DNA of 63,487 bases, counting the filler, from Basidiobolus meristosporus CBS 931.73 (taxonomy: Eukaryota; Fungi; Basidiobolomycota), in assembly GCA_002104905.1 (NCBI GenBank). It is 3 parts of 3 records of this genome, joined end to end, with 100 filler letters (N's around TTAATTAATTAA, not from the genome) between each part and the next. Parts side by side here need not be neighbours in the genome. Positions count along the whole stretch, not along the records: positions 1 to 24,840 come from MCFE01000940.1; 2 more parts are not named here. One strand, given 5' to 3'. The position numbers and the translations under genes were made by a program. The notes beneath the pieces are model-generated. The model did not search any database. It saw nothing but the letters and a program-made list of their open reading frames with translations, and was not told the origin of the DNA. Shown in pieces: positions 1-11,440 of this stretch (positions are counted from its first letter, which is position 1; every line of letters starts with the position of its first letter).

Positions 1-501
1 CAGTTCGCTAGACAATTTGGCGTCCCCTGCATTGCTGATGGTGGTATTTCCAACATTGGTCATATTACCAAGGCTCTTGCTCTTGGTGCCAGTGCTGTCA
101 TGATGGGTGGTCTTTTGGCTGGTACTCTTGAATCTCCTGGAGAATACTTCTACCACGAGGGCAAGCGTCTCAAGAGATATCGTGGTATGGGTTCTTTGGA
201 TGCCATGGAACGTACCCACGGTGAAGGCTCTCAAACCCGTTATTTCTCCGAGAACGATGTTATCAAGGTCGCTCAAGGAGTTGCTGGCGCTGTTGTTGAT
301 AAGGGTTCCATCCGTAAGTTTGTTCCTTACCTTGTTACCGGTCTTCAACACGGTCTCCAGGATATTGGTGTAACCTCCTTGGATGCCCTTCGTGACGGCG
401 TGTACAACCACGTTGTCCGCTTCGAGAAGCGTACTGCCGCTGCTCAGGTTGAGGGTGGAGTTCATGGCTTGCATTCTTATGAGAAGAGACTCTTTTCTTA
501 A
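1..501 (+). CDS. IMPDH: Inosine-5'-monophosphate dehydrogenase, 3' part (5' end outside window)
   Basis: Frame is open from base 1: [41 protein letters not shown]...KRYRGMGSL...[16 protein letters not shown]. These are the IMPDH phosphate-binding and flap motifs. Ends TAA at 499-501. Confidence 0.97.
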   Translation, partial: QFARQFGVPCIADGGISNIGHITKALALGASAVMMGGLLAGTLESPGEYFYHEGKRLKRYRGMGSLDAMERTHGEGSQTRYFSENDVIKVAQGVAGAVVDKGSIRKFVPYLVTGLQHGLQDIGVTSLDALRDGVYNHVVRFEKRTAAAQVEGGVHGLHSYEKRLFS

Positions 502-819
502 ATTGTAATTAGCCAACTTCGTGTCATATATTCACATGTCATTATGTTATTTTATTCCTCCTAACGGAGCACCTGTTGCATGTAGTCTATGTGGCGTTGT
601 ATGTATTGAAATCTACTAGAAATCAAAATTTCGTTTATTAAAATCGTAATTTTTTGTCCATGATTTTGTTATCGTTCAGGATATCCATTTACTTATCCTA
701 TCTACCATGAGTACAATGTATTTCTGCAGTGAGCTCTGGAGTACGTCATGGGGTGAATATAGCACTCGAAAACGTATCCGATAGAGGTCCGTACGGTGTA
801 TTTGCTAGTTTCACGTACT

Positions 820-1536
820 ATGACCGCAGATATTCCAGCAACCACTTTTGCCACAGAATATGAATTCAACGATCCAAAGAAAACACCGCTGATCATACGT
901 CAAGATTCCAACGGAGACCTGGCTGCCGGGGTGGGGAGCACCATATGGGATGCAAGTTATGTTCTTAGCAAATACATTGAGAAGGCTGTGGGGACAGATA
1001 GCACCCAAGCTGAAGAATCGAATTTCTTGAGAAAACCAAGCCAGCGGGTTAGAAGTGCCGTCAGCTGTCTAGAATTAGGCTCTGGTACCGGTCTCGTTGG
1101 CTTAGTTTCAGGAGCAGTGCTTCAGCATCTAAGGCAGCTTTACTTGAGCGACAAATCTAGTGTGATGCCTTTGCTCAAACACAACGTTGGCGCCAACCAA
1201 TTCAGAGAAGACCTTGATGTGATTGCAGTGACCCTCGATTGGACGAACCTGGAAGAGGCTCCTGAAGAGTTGACTGAGAAATCCATCGATCTTATTGTTT
1301 GCTCTGATTGTCTTTGGGAGGAGAATCTACATCAACCACTACTAGATGCTTTTGTGAAATATTCGAACCCTCGGACGATGGTGCTACTCGCTTTCGAGAG
1401 CCGAAAATTCGAAGAGGAGGCTCGGTTTTTTGCAAAGTTTGGCGAGCTTTTTCAATTTAGAGATATCAAGCCAGAAGAGCAAGATGAAAGATGGCAAAGC
1501 GAGGATATTTACATATTCGTAGCGAAGCGTAGGTAG
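820..1536 (+). CDS. Family-16 (METTL21/Efm-like) SAM-dependent protein lysine methyltransferase
   Basis: Motifs GVGSTIWDAS, LELGSGTGLVG (motif I), LSD, LDW and DLIVCSDCLW. First ATG is at 820; the ORF track starts at a GTG at 796. Confidence 0.88.
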   Translation: MTADIPATTFATEYEFNDPKKTPLIIRQDSNGDLAAGVGSTIWDASYVLSKYIEKAVGTDSTQAEESNFLRKPSQRVRSAVSCLELGSGTGLVGLVSGAVLQHLRQLYLSDKSSVMPLLKHNVGANQFREDLDVIAVTLDWTNLEEAPEELTEKSIDLIVCSDCLWEENLHQPLLDAFVKYSNPRTMVLLAFESRKFEEEARFFAKFGELFQFRDIKPEEQDERWQSEDIYIFVAKRR

Positions 1537-1775
1537 TCTTGAGCCTAGAATCCAATTAATAAATACTTCGACTCGCTAGTCCATGGAGAGGTGTACAGTT
1601 GCGTAGTAGCATGAGAGGTTGTGACCAGATTAACAGTCTTTGACCAAAATATCATGCTGCCTAGTTGAAAGTCTGAGTAATTGATGTTCAAATGCGGGAA
1701 TTTATTGAGCATAATAAAAATACATGAATATATTGAAATAGCCATATGCTTTTTCATGCAATAGTGACGTAGGTC

Positions 1776-2957
1776 TTAGTTGATATCACCATTCTTAACA
1801 CCTTCGATATCGCAAAGGACCATTTCTTGAACCAGTTCATCAAAGGTCACCTTACGCTTCCAGCCCAGCTTAGTATCAGCTTTGGTTGGGTCACCCAAAA
1901 GCAAGTCGACTTCAGTAGGACGATAGTACTTGGGGTCAATGCGAACACGAGCAATACCGGTGTCTGCTTCTCTTCCAATGATTCCTTCGGCTTCGCCTTC
2001 CCAGACGATATCCTTACCGACAACCTTGAAAGCCTTCTCAACATACTCGCGGACAGTATGGGTTTCTCCGGTGGCCAAGACAAAGTCTTCGGGGTGATCT
2101 TGTTGAAGCATCAGCCACATTCCTTCGATGTAGTCACGGGCATGTCCCCAATCACGCTTAGAGTCGACGTTGCCAAGGTGAACGCACTCTTGCTTGCCCA
2201 AATGGATGTTGGCTACAGCTCTGGAAATCTTACGAGTAACAAAGGTGCGGCCACGGCGAGGAGATTCATGGTTAAAGAGGATTCCGTTGCAAGCATACAT
2301 GTTGTAGGCCTCTCTGTAGTTCACGACGATCCAGTAAGCATACAGCTTGGCTACTCCGTATGGAGAGCGTGGATAGAAAGGAGTAGTCTCTTTCTGGGGT
2401 GTTTCAACAACCTGACCAAATAACTCGGAGGTGGATGCCTGGTAGAAGCGGACGTGTTGAGTGAGTCCACAGGTGCGAATAGCATCCAGGAGACGAAGAG
2501 TACCCAAGCCAACAACATCGCCGGTATACTCGGCCATATCGAAGGAGACCTTGACATGAGATTGGGCGGCCAAGTTGTAGACCTCAGTGGGTTGGATCTG
2601 GGAGATAATATGCACAAGACAAGTGGAATCGGTCAGATCACCGTAATGGAGAACCATTTTGGCAGAGCCATCTTTGTGGAGATCCTTGTACAAATGCTCG
2701 ATTCTGCCAGTGTTGAATGAGGACGAACGACGAATGATACCGTGAACAGTATATCCCTTTGAGATGAGGAACTCGGTCAAATAAGAACCATCCTGGCCAG
2801 TAATACCTGTCAGACAGGAGATGCCGCGTTAGAAGTGCCATAGAGAACGAGTATTAAAGTAACCAAGCTACCGACCAGTGATAAGGGCAACCTTACGCTT
2901 TCTGTATTCCTCGGGGGAAAGTGTAGAGACAGTAAGAGGGGTGCTATTATGGGACAT
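1776..2957 (-). CDS. GMD: GDP-mannose 4,6-dehydratase, 2 exons (2957-2876, 2806-1776; 69-nt GT-AG intron 2807-2875), about 370 aa
   Basis: Splicing restores the Rossmann motif [17 protein letters not shown]. Also [16 protein letters not shown], catalytic [14 protein letters not shown] and DWGHARDY. Confidence 0.96.
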
Positions 2958-2990
2958 CTTAGAAATACGCTGAAAATGGACCAGAGTTGG

Positions 2991-3000
2991 TATATTTATA
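2991..3000 (-). promoter_or_regulatory. TATA box (TATAAATATA) upstream of GMD
   Basis: Exact 10-mer 34 nt upstream of the ATG. The same 10-mer occurs upstream of three other genes in the window. Confidence 0.55.
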
Positions 3001-3863
3001 GGTTACCAAGATTTGTTGACAATGCCGGCATATGCCAAGCTTGTCCTAATTAATGAACATCTTAGGTCGGGGGATCGATTAGGGTTTGTTTAGCAGGTGA
3101 AAACAACGAAGGTGCTTAGGGTGCTGCGTTGAGGGTAAATAGCATATCCGACAATGCCCAAAAGTGACATTTCGGCCGGGATGATTGGTTTACGCCACAT
3201 GCTAGTAATCCATCATCGATCTAGAATAGGAAAAGATTTATTATAGCGATGCAAACAAGACGAATTTTGCCCGATGTCGGCGCTTAAATACAACCATCGA
3301 TTGTCGAGATGGTTGTTAGCACCAATTTCTATTTCCAGAGCTGTTGGCTCCTGTGCGTATCGAACAGACAAGCACAAAGATCCTGCATGTTCATGTGTGC
3401 GTATACATGACGGTAGGTGATGTTTGTCACTGGGCGATGCAAAGAGCTTCGTGGATTGTAACAGACTAGGTGATGGGGAGAGCGTCATATATTGTAGCAG
3501 ACTGGGTGGTGCAAAGGATGCCAAACGTTCCGCTATAGCGGTCATAATCGGCAATGGTCGATATGATAAATGCAGTCTGTTACGATCGTAAATTCCAAAG
3601 ATCATCCATTAAGATTGAATGAAGGTTAAAGACATGGTTTGTGTGTAATACCCTATGCATGCAGTAAGGTTGATCTGGTTCAACACGTTGTGTCCAGAAG
3701 CAGGGGATTATTTATGCAAACCTATAGGACCGTTGAACATCATCTCCTGCAGCACAAGCTGACTCTATAAATATACGCTGGACCACGCCTCCATTCATTT
3801 CTTTCATTTCAAGCCATTAATTATTTATATACATTAATCTAATATTTGTCCACCCCAAACTCA

Positions 3864-5297
3864 ATGACATTTCATAAACTTCTGAAGGTAACCTAATTCC
3901 AAGCATCTCCGAATCCATGTTATATTGCTGAAGTGTTTTCTACCAAGAGGAAAGATTCATTCCACCCTAACAATACAGACATACTAAGCCCAGACAGCTA
4001 TATAGGTAAACCTCCTGACATCAGCCAATTCTTCACATCCCTTAACCGGTCTCATTTTAGAGCAATCTTTTGCAAGAGAATTGAATAGACTCAGCATAGA
4101 CCCGACTACACCACCTGGGAATAACAAACCCTACTTTTCTGGACTTTTTAGCCGAGGAAAATCCCGAGTGAAACCCATCCAGCCTGCATCAAAGCAGTCC
4201 TTCTGCAGAGAAAGATCTATCGAGTCTTTCAAGAGACAAGAGTCGATTGTATCTACCGGATCGCTATCAGTGGACGAGACATCCACGGTAAGTCGGTCAT
4301 TTCAAGGACGAGGACCACCAAGCTGATTCTTGTAGGACACCAATTTCGACGAGATTCTAAAGGCTGACGGGACAAAGAAAGTTACCTTAACTCCCACAAG
4401 ATTACGCAGTATCGAGGTAACCTCCCTTGGGCCCTAATCCTTTGAATGACCACTCATCGGCTCTTATGTCAGGTGCTCAAAAAAATGCAAAGACTACAGT
4501 CCCGAGAGGCAACAATATCGAGCTCGCTGATGTTGCCCATGCCCGATGACTTCGATTTTGATGACGATTTTATGGCACCAGCGGTGAAGAAATCGGAAAC
4601 CCTGTACGAGTTTCTGAGAAGTTCTGGTCCTGAAGACTTTTCCCCTCCCACGCCGACGGCAGTAAATATCAATTGCTTCGTAATCCATGCCGAACAACCC
4701 AGGCTAACCTATTCACTGCAGAATGTGAAGTCCCCCGCGTCGCACACCAAAGCCACTTTCCTGAAGAATCTGGGTTCCACATTGAAGCCAATGTTTCCAA
4801 AACCCAAGGGCGCCAAGAGAAATGTCGATGTATACGAGTTTCTCAAAAACGACCTTTCCACCGAAAAGAAGGTCCACTTCGCCACGATTCAGCCAAGAAG
4901 TGATCCAACCAGTAAATCGGACCAACCACGTTTGCCAGCTGCTGCACTCTCCCCTATCAAGGCTCAGAAAAGCCCGAAGAACAGCAAGATATCCATGCAA
5001 CGTAGTGATAGCATGCCTGAGCCTCCATCATTGGTACCGCGTGTCTCCACCGTTGCAGCCAAGGAGGTGGACCCTTCAAGCTTTGATAGCTTACGCCTCC
5101 GACACTCAATGGGACTAAGTCCTTTGACCACGTTGTCGGCATCCAAGCCTCATGAGGAGACCGAAGAGTATCACACATGCCCAAATTCCCCCTCACCCAC
5201 ACTAAATCCGGCTCTAGTCATGCAATGGGAGTCACCCACCACTGAGCTAGACATCTTTGAAATACCGTGCATGTGTGCAGATTGCTTAAATTACTGA
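3864..5297 (+). CDS. Multi-exon hypothetical fungal protein, S/P/K-rich and likely disordered
   Basis: ATG at 3864 follows TATAAATATA at 3766-3775. Several GT..(CTAAC)..AG introns join exons including DTNFDEILKADGTKKVTLTPTRLRSIE and the repeated motif ETLYEFLRSSGP / VDVYEFLKND. Exon boundaries were read by eye. Confidence 0.6.
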
Positions 5298-5668
5298 TAT
5301 ATGCATCTATCCTCCCAGCCATCAACTTAACCTCACATAACCCGATCCCCTTAACTCGTTTGCCACGCCCACACCAGCTAATCGCTTCTTTTATGTCGCA
5401 AATAATCAGTTTGGATAAACCTGCTGGAGGTGCTTATGATATTTATGTAGCATTCGTCTAGATGGATTATGATAAATATGATCAGGGGGAAGCGGAGGAA
5501 GGCAGGGTAAATACAAAACCATTGTATCCAAGAACAATGCATGGCGGAAACAGGTAGTTCTCTATATGAGGGTGGTCATTCTATAGGGTCAGGTTATGGG
5601 ACGAGGTACAGTACAAAGTCGTGGGGATATTAACATTAAACAAAAAGATTGACGTCTAGGGGAGTTGT

Positions 5669-6289
5669 CTATTCTATATCGATAACGATCAGTTCCGCTA
5701 CCACCTCCTCGTATAGTGGTGGGGGTGGAAGATCGTAGGGGAGATTGGGCTCTTCCGTGTAACCGGCGTCAGGCTGCCTGAACATCAGGCTACTCTGGGT
5801 GCTACCTGGTGCCAGTTGTCTGGTGTATAAGGAGTTGCTGATGGCCTCTACTGCCCAATCGGTCAGAGTGAAATACGATGCGCCAGCGTAAGGCGGGACG
5901 GGATCCTCGATGCCAACACTGGTGGCCTCCTCAAATCTCACGAGAAATTCGTCCCCGATCAATTGGCCATTGTCGTACTTCACCCGACTCCAGTGAAGGT
6001 ACACTCGTATACAACAACATGCCAACATACTGAAAATGCAGAACAACGTGATCAGGAAAAATCCCAAAAGCCCGAGTCGCACGTTCTCCCGCGGGTCGCT
6101 GATTATGCTTGGTATTTTGCCGGGGTGGATTAGATCATTATAGGCAATATCCTTCTCCGTCAGGGTGAATACCATGGGAGTCCCTTCGATGTTCACTTCT
6201 AGGATGTGTTGATGCTCTGAAGCGAGGATAGGTGCTGCAAAGACCAATGAGAGCAGTATATAAATCTGGTCCCTAGAAGGAAAAACCAT
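5669..6289 (-). CDS. Single-pass membrane protein with signal peptide, Cys cluster and PY motifs (Rcr1/WBP1-like Rsp5/Nedd4 adaptor candidate)
   Basis: Hydrophobic N-terminus (IYILLSLVFAAPILA), a TM segment (LGLLGFFLITLFCIFSMLA), CCCIR, then cytosolic VPPY and PPPPLYEEV. Probable ATG is 6289; the ORF is open from 6343. Confidence 0.65.
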   Translation of the reverse strand: MVFPSRDQIYILLSLVFAAPILASEHQHILEVNIEGTPMVFTLTEKDIAYNDLIHPGKIPSIISDPRENVRLGLLGFFLITLFCIFSMLACCCIRVYLHWSRVKYDNGQLIGDEFLVRFEEATSVGIEDPVPPYAGASYFTLTDWAVEAISNSLYTRQLAPGSTQSSLMFRQPDAGYTEEPNLPYDLPPPPLYEEVVAELIVIDIE

Positions 6290-7443
6290 GATGCGTGAGA
6301 GGGCTATACCAGTGGATGATACAAAATCCATTGAGAACACCATGAGTTATATAACGTTTGACAGCAAGGGATGAATCACGGATACAATGGATAAAGGGGG
6401 CGTGGATCAGTCTGTTCCATCATGAATTATTTTACTGCATTTGCTGATCTAGGGGTTAGCGAAGACATGCACGGCAGGGGATGGTAACTGTGGAGTAGGT
6501 TAAGATCATACTTGTGATATCGGAATGGTGGCTGCCTATCTCAATAAGCATTGCGCTGTCTGATTTGACTGCTGGTTGCATTGGTGATTAAGCTTGATGT
6601 ATATGGATGCAGGATTTCTTGTCCACTCCTCCCCCAACATCAGGAATGCCAACAAGAAATTCAGGAAGCTTACTGCCTGTGACATTCACCTCACCCTACA
6701 TGTATCTGGGACCTATTGTAATTCGACAATGGCCCCGATTGTTGCTGTCAATCAAGTATATCATACTAATGGAGGGTGAGCGAGAGGATTATTTTCAAAT
6801 GTTAGGCCAATGAATCCTACCAATTGGTTGATCGAGCTGAATCCTCTTATTAATGTTGGAAATCCTCAACTTGCTGTATCACTTCAAGTGTTTGTGATGT
6901 CATAACTGAGGTTCGTACAATGAGGGCGGATTCGATTCTATTTTGATACCAATTTGAGATCTTATCATTCACATCTCGCACCAATTTGCCTGAGGTTTTG
7001 ATGTAATTACAACACCTGCCCCATAGTTGAACACCCCATTCAAAAGCCCTATCGTCATCAGGGAATGTTCCATCCTTGGTGAGAGTATATTTCAAGTGAT
7101 CACTCCCTCGAAACGTGTGGTGATGGTACATATGCAGGCCAAAGTACCTCAGCTCCCTGGCCCTGTTCATTCAATCAGAAAGCATGTCATGGAGGACATT
7201 CAGCCTTCATGCCGTCATTGTTTCTCACGCTTGGGCTTTGCGGAAGGATTCCCCCCTTTTGGCCCATGTGGTGTGGTTCTCAAATCGAGTTAACATGGAA
7301 ATCAATTGTCGGGCTGTGTTAAGTTGGCTTCATCTGGGAACGTAACACGGATGAGGGTAAATGGATTCCGCTCCCAATGAATCTCGATTTGTCAATTTAA
7401 AGTGCATGTAGCAATCACAGAAATTGGAATGAGTCTGAGTTAA

Positions 7444-7465
7444 ATATATATATATATATATATAT
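7444..7465. repeat. (AT)11 microsatellite
   Basis: Direct reading of the atatat... run. Confidence 0.9.
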
Positions 7466-7806
7466 TTGGGTTCCCATCAGGTACACCCGAATATTCGGCT
7501 CGTCCGTTTCTGAAGATCAAAGGTTAATTGCCAAGTTAAACCATCTACCATATCAATGTGGATGTTGGGTTTCAATTTGACACCTATTTAATTGGGGTAT
7601 ATTTTTAAGCTACATGAAGTAATTCACTTATGATGGGTGTTACGGATGGAGCAACCCTTGGCATAGAAATGACCTGGTGGTAAGATAAAATACAAATACA
7701 ATCGGTGCTGGGGCATTGTGATAATGGCAATTTAAACAAAGAATATCGGCGTGAAGCTTGGAGTACAATTAATAAAAGTGGGTGTCTCGGACGATTGTGA
7801 GATTCC

Positions 7807-9255
7807 TTAGACTTTGATGGCCTTGACACTGTTGTTCTTGGCAACGGAGGTACCAGTGACTGCTGGAAGGGGGCAGGGTGCGTTGGCAGTGATTCTTGAT
7901 GTACTGCCCAAAGTGGTACTAGCCAGCTTTTTACTGTAGAGTTGCATTAACCAGCGTTCGTAGCATGTGGTGTCGACCTTCTGAATAAAGTTTCTGGATG
8001 CCACAAGGCCCTCCTGGCGATGTGACTCGTACACAGCCTGGTCGTGATATAGTTCTTCAATGGCGTTAATCCAAGGGTCGGCATTTTGCTCTGGAATCAG
8101 ATACGGCCCATACTTCTCATTGTAGTCGGGATCCTCACATCTCTCTCCAGTGAGCAGGTTAACAGGAATGACACCTCGCTTCATGCCACATTTTGCCTCG
8201 GGCAGGCCCCCAACGTTGCTCACAAGGACGGGGATTCCTCTGAGCATGGCCTCCACCGCCACCATTCCAAATGCCTCGTACCAGACGGAGGGGACAATCA
8301 GTATCTTCACCTGGCTCCAGAGCTCCTCCATATTTCTGAAGGTGTCCATGATGGTGACATTTTTCTCTTTCTCCAACAGAGAGATTTGATAATCATTTAG
8401 GTTCCACGACTTCACAGCAGCAAATTCCACATGGGGCATACGTTGCGAAACCTCATGAAGGATATGGAAGCCCTTGAAGCTCCCAGGATTGATGGCCACC
8501 ACATGCTTTCTATCGAAATTATTATATACCGGTATGGCTCCATTGCCACGAATAAAGGATTTGGGATGGATGGGGAGATGCGTGGACTCAATGTTGCCAA
8601 ACTTCAACATGTACCTCTGGATGGCCTGGCTGACTACCCAAATTCCATCCACCTTGCGAAGTCGCTCGGTTTCAACATCCGATTTGGAGGCTTCGAAGAG
8701 ACCGCCATAGGGGCCAAATGAGAGATGTTCGCAAGCGTGGCAAATGAACACTTTGACTAAATCACTGGTATTTCTGGAAATTTTAAGGGATACAGAATCA
8801 TTGAAGATGAAGTGTGTAGGTCTATACGCTTTTAATTCCCCAATCACGAATTGCTCGTAGATTGAGAGCTCTGGAAACCGGTCTAGATTCTCTATCCAGC
8901 CAACCCGGCGCTTAGCCCCCTCTTCATCGAATAGCTTGCGCCAGTCGTTGATGTTGATGGTGACAGTATCGATGCCGTTGTAAGAGTGGCGATACAGTCG
9001 GAAGTGGTTGCTGGGGCCCAGGCGAAGAGTCTCTTTCGTGTATTCTCCGAATACCTTCACCTCCTCCTCAAGTCCCAGCGCAATCATCTTAACCTCGTGT
9101 CCAGACTTCAGTAATCCATCAGCCAGGTACAGATTCGCTTGGAACCCACCCGAGGAGACAAACAAGCCGTGAGCAGACTGCATGATCAGGACTCGGAGCT
9201 TGGTAGACTGCTTCTCAGTAACGGTATCCAAAGGTCTGACGGAGACGGAAGGCAT
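7807..9255 (-). CDS. Glycosyltransferase family 4 (GT-B, Glycos_transf_1), intronless, about 482 aa
   Basis: N-terminal LRVLIMQSAHGLFVSSGGFQANLYLADGLLKSGHEV. C-terminal ILIVPSVWYEAFGMVAVEAMLRGIPVLVSNVGGLPE carries the GT4 EX7E motif. ATG at 9255, TATAAATATA at 9334-9343. Confidence 0.9.
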   Translation of the reverse strand: MPSVSVRPLDTVTEKQSTKLRVLIMQSAHGLFVSSGGFQANLYLADGLLKSGHEVKMIALGLEEEVKVFGEYTKETLRLGPSNHFRLYRHSYNGIDTVTININDWRKLFDEEGAKRRVGWIENLDRFPELSIYEQFVIGELKAYRPTHFIFNDSVSLKISRNTSDLVKVFICHACEHLSFGPYGGLFEASKSDVETERLRKVDGIWVVSQAIQRYMLKFGNIESTHLPIHPKSFIRGNGAIPVYNNFDRKHVVAINPGSFKGFHILHEVSQRMPHVEFAAVKSWNLNDYQISLLEKEKNVTIMDTFRNMEELWSQVKILIVPSVWYEAFGMVAVEAMLRGIPVLVSNVGGLPEAKCGMKRGVIPVNLLTGERCEDPDYNEKYGPYLIPEQNADPWINAIEELYHDQAVYESHRQEGLVASRNFIQKVDTTCYERWLMQLYSKKLASTTLGSTSRITANAPCPLPAVTGTSVAKNNSVKAIKV

Positions 9256-10964
9256 GTTTAGGTCGGTGGGTGAATGAATCAAACTGTTATCAGAAAACCT
9301 AGAGTTGGTTGCTGTTCTCTGCTCGCCAGGCCCTATATTTATATCTCTGACGAGCAGCGGATTTCGCTTGAGAATACATCATCTTCAGCAGTGCTGTGAA
9401 TCTTGCTGACCCGAGTCAGACAAAAACTGGATATTGCTTCATGCAAGAATTGGATGCACATTCGACCCACCGGAGCGGTTTCTGAATATGCATCACCAGA
9501 TGGTGCAATTCAAGGACCAAAAGTCCTTCGAATCTTCTGGTGTGACATGGAGGGCATAGGTATAGAGTTTATCTAGTTTGGGCAATACTCCCCCAAATCC
9601 GTGATGGTCGCACGAACGTTAGTGATCGGATAGCCATATGTAGAGTGGGCTTGCTTCGGGGGAGAGATAAATGAATTGGAAAGTGGCAACGAGTGATGCA
9701 AATAGATTTGTGTTGTATTTGAACCTAGCACTCAACCCTCATACGGAAGAGCTGTGAGTTCATATCGATAAGGGCGATCGAGATGATGGACCCAGCAAGT
9801 CAGAATGCCAATCTAGCGACTTCTTCCAATGGATGTCACCAGATTGCAATTGAAACAACTACCTGGAGGTCTGTTTGTCGGTCACCAAGCCTGGTTTTCA
9901 ATAGATCCCAGGTTCCCTGAGTTACCTTTTTCACAATGAAATGATCGAAAGGAAACCACACATGGGTGATCAACACTCTGGTCGCTGCAATCTGTAAACT
10001 ATAAATATTCATTGGAGATAATCTACTACAGTTGTAGTTGTGGGAAGGTTAATGGGTCTGGAGCCTACGGTTTTGTCGTCTGCAGTGAGGCTAAGCTAGA
10101 CTTTGTGAGCAAGATCAGAATATTGTATTGCTTGCTTGGGAATTCTCATACAACTCCAGGAGTTACCGAGTGACCATGTTGTACCTTACAAACTGTATCC
10201 CAAACTTATTGATGAACTCCAGCATCAGCAATTTACATACACAGAATAACGTTCATACGGGGGACTCTTCTCATTATAACCAATCCCACCAGCGTGAGTT
10301 GAATGGTGTAGAAAGTAAGGTAGAATGTTCAGGTGATTAGGGATTTACTGTGGGAAATCTCGGAGGAAATAGATGACTGTAAATGATCCAAGATTTCTAT
10401 AATTTGATTTTGTGCATTCAAATTGAATTCTTAGATATTGTGATAATGGTCAAGAACACGATTTCCAAGTCCCAAATGGCTTTTAGCGCCTTTTACAGCA
10501 TAACCCTTATAACTATTGTGAAGTTGTATCTGCTAAGCTATTACTCAGAACATCCAGGCTCATTAACTTCAGATTCTTGGGATAGGGGGAGAGTTAGGGT
10601 GTTGGGAGTGACTGGAGAAATAGATTAATACGAAATATTTGTTTACAATTATTAAGTCTTCAAATAAATAACAGGAGGCAACGCGCCTAGTTTACAGCTG
10701 CTTGTACAAGCTTGAAAAGCTGGTCAACTCTGACTTGCGATTCAAAGAATCAATGCATGTCTTGTAAACTTTGTACTTGTGCCTAAATATTCACATTGGC
10801 TTAATCACTTGGATTATTACTTATGAAATTTACTCTTTGTCAGGGTTCACTTGGAGTACTTTCACCAAAATGTCAGGTACGCAGAACATGAAACTCTCAA
10901 TGCAGTCCAAAAGCCTCCAAGCTTTATGCACATCTTCTGTTGTAAGAGTTTTGGAGAATAAGTA

Positions 10965-11440
10965 GATTATGTGGTTTTCACTTCATGATTTATTTAATGT
11001 GAAAGTGATATTTGTACTTTTACATGGTCTTGGCTAAACAAGCACGCTCGATATCTCTAGGAAGCTTATAAGAATATGTGCGCAAAGTTTGGGGGCCTAT
11101 GGGCAGTTTATCAAAATTTTATGTATAGGGAACCAGATAATTTGGTAAATGCTCCAAGTAAATCCCAACAAAGAATTTGGGCAAGATATACCAAGATTCA
11201 TAGGTTACGATCAAGTGACTATGTTAATGTAATATTTTGGTGTAATTACAAAATTTACAACAGTTACAATGATAAACAGTGTACAGTATGTAAGATGTAT
11301 GAGCAATCAGATGCCAAGCTGATGATTTGCAACACTAATAAATAGATTAACACAAGACATTGAACAAGTATGATATAATAGTCCCTATGAAAGTTACACC
11401 TAATACATTCAAGAAGCCATCAAGTGAAAACCACATAATC
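10965..11440. mobile_element. MITE-like element (476 bp) with 19-bp terminal inverted repeats and TA flanks
   Basis: GATTATGTGGTTTTCACTT (10965-10983) is the exact reverse complement of AAGTGAAAACCACATAATC (11422-11440). TA lies at 10963-64 and 11441-42. The interior is AT-rich and has no recognisable transposase. Confidence 0.7.

Noticed and set aside
1827-2423. Long antisense ORFs over GMD, OAT, the ABC gene and Pac2
   Set aside because: They are shadows of codon-biased sense genes, have no recognisable motifs, and are duplicated passively in the OAT arms.
6594-7293. Short ORFs between the PY-motif gene and GT4 (e.g. 6850-7170 minus, 106 aa)
   Set aside because: No recognisable domain or convincing splice structure. 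They could be a relic, but I cannot support a call.
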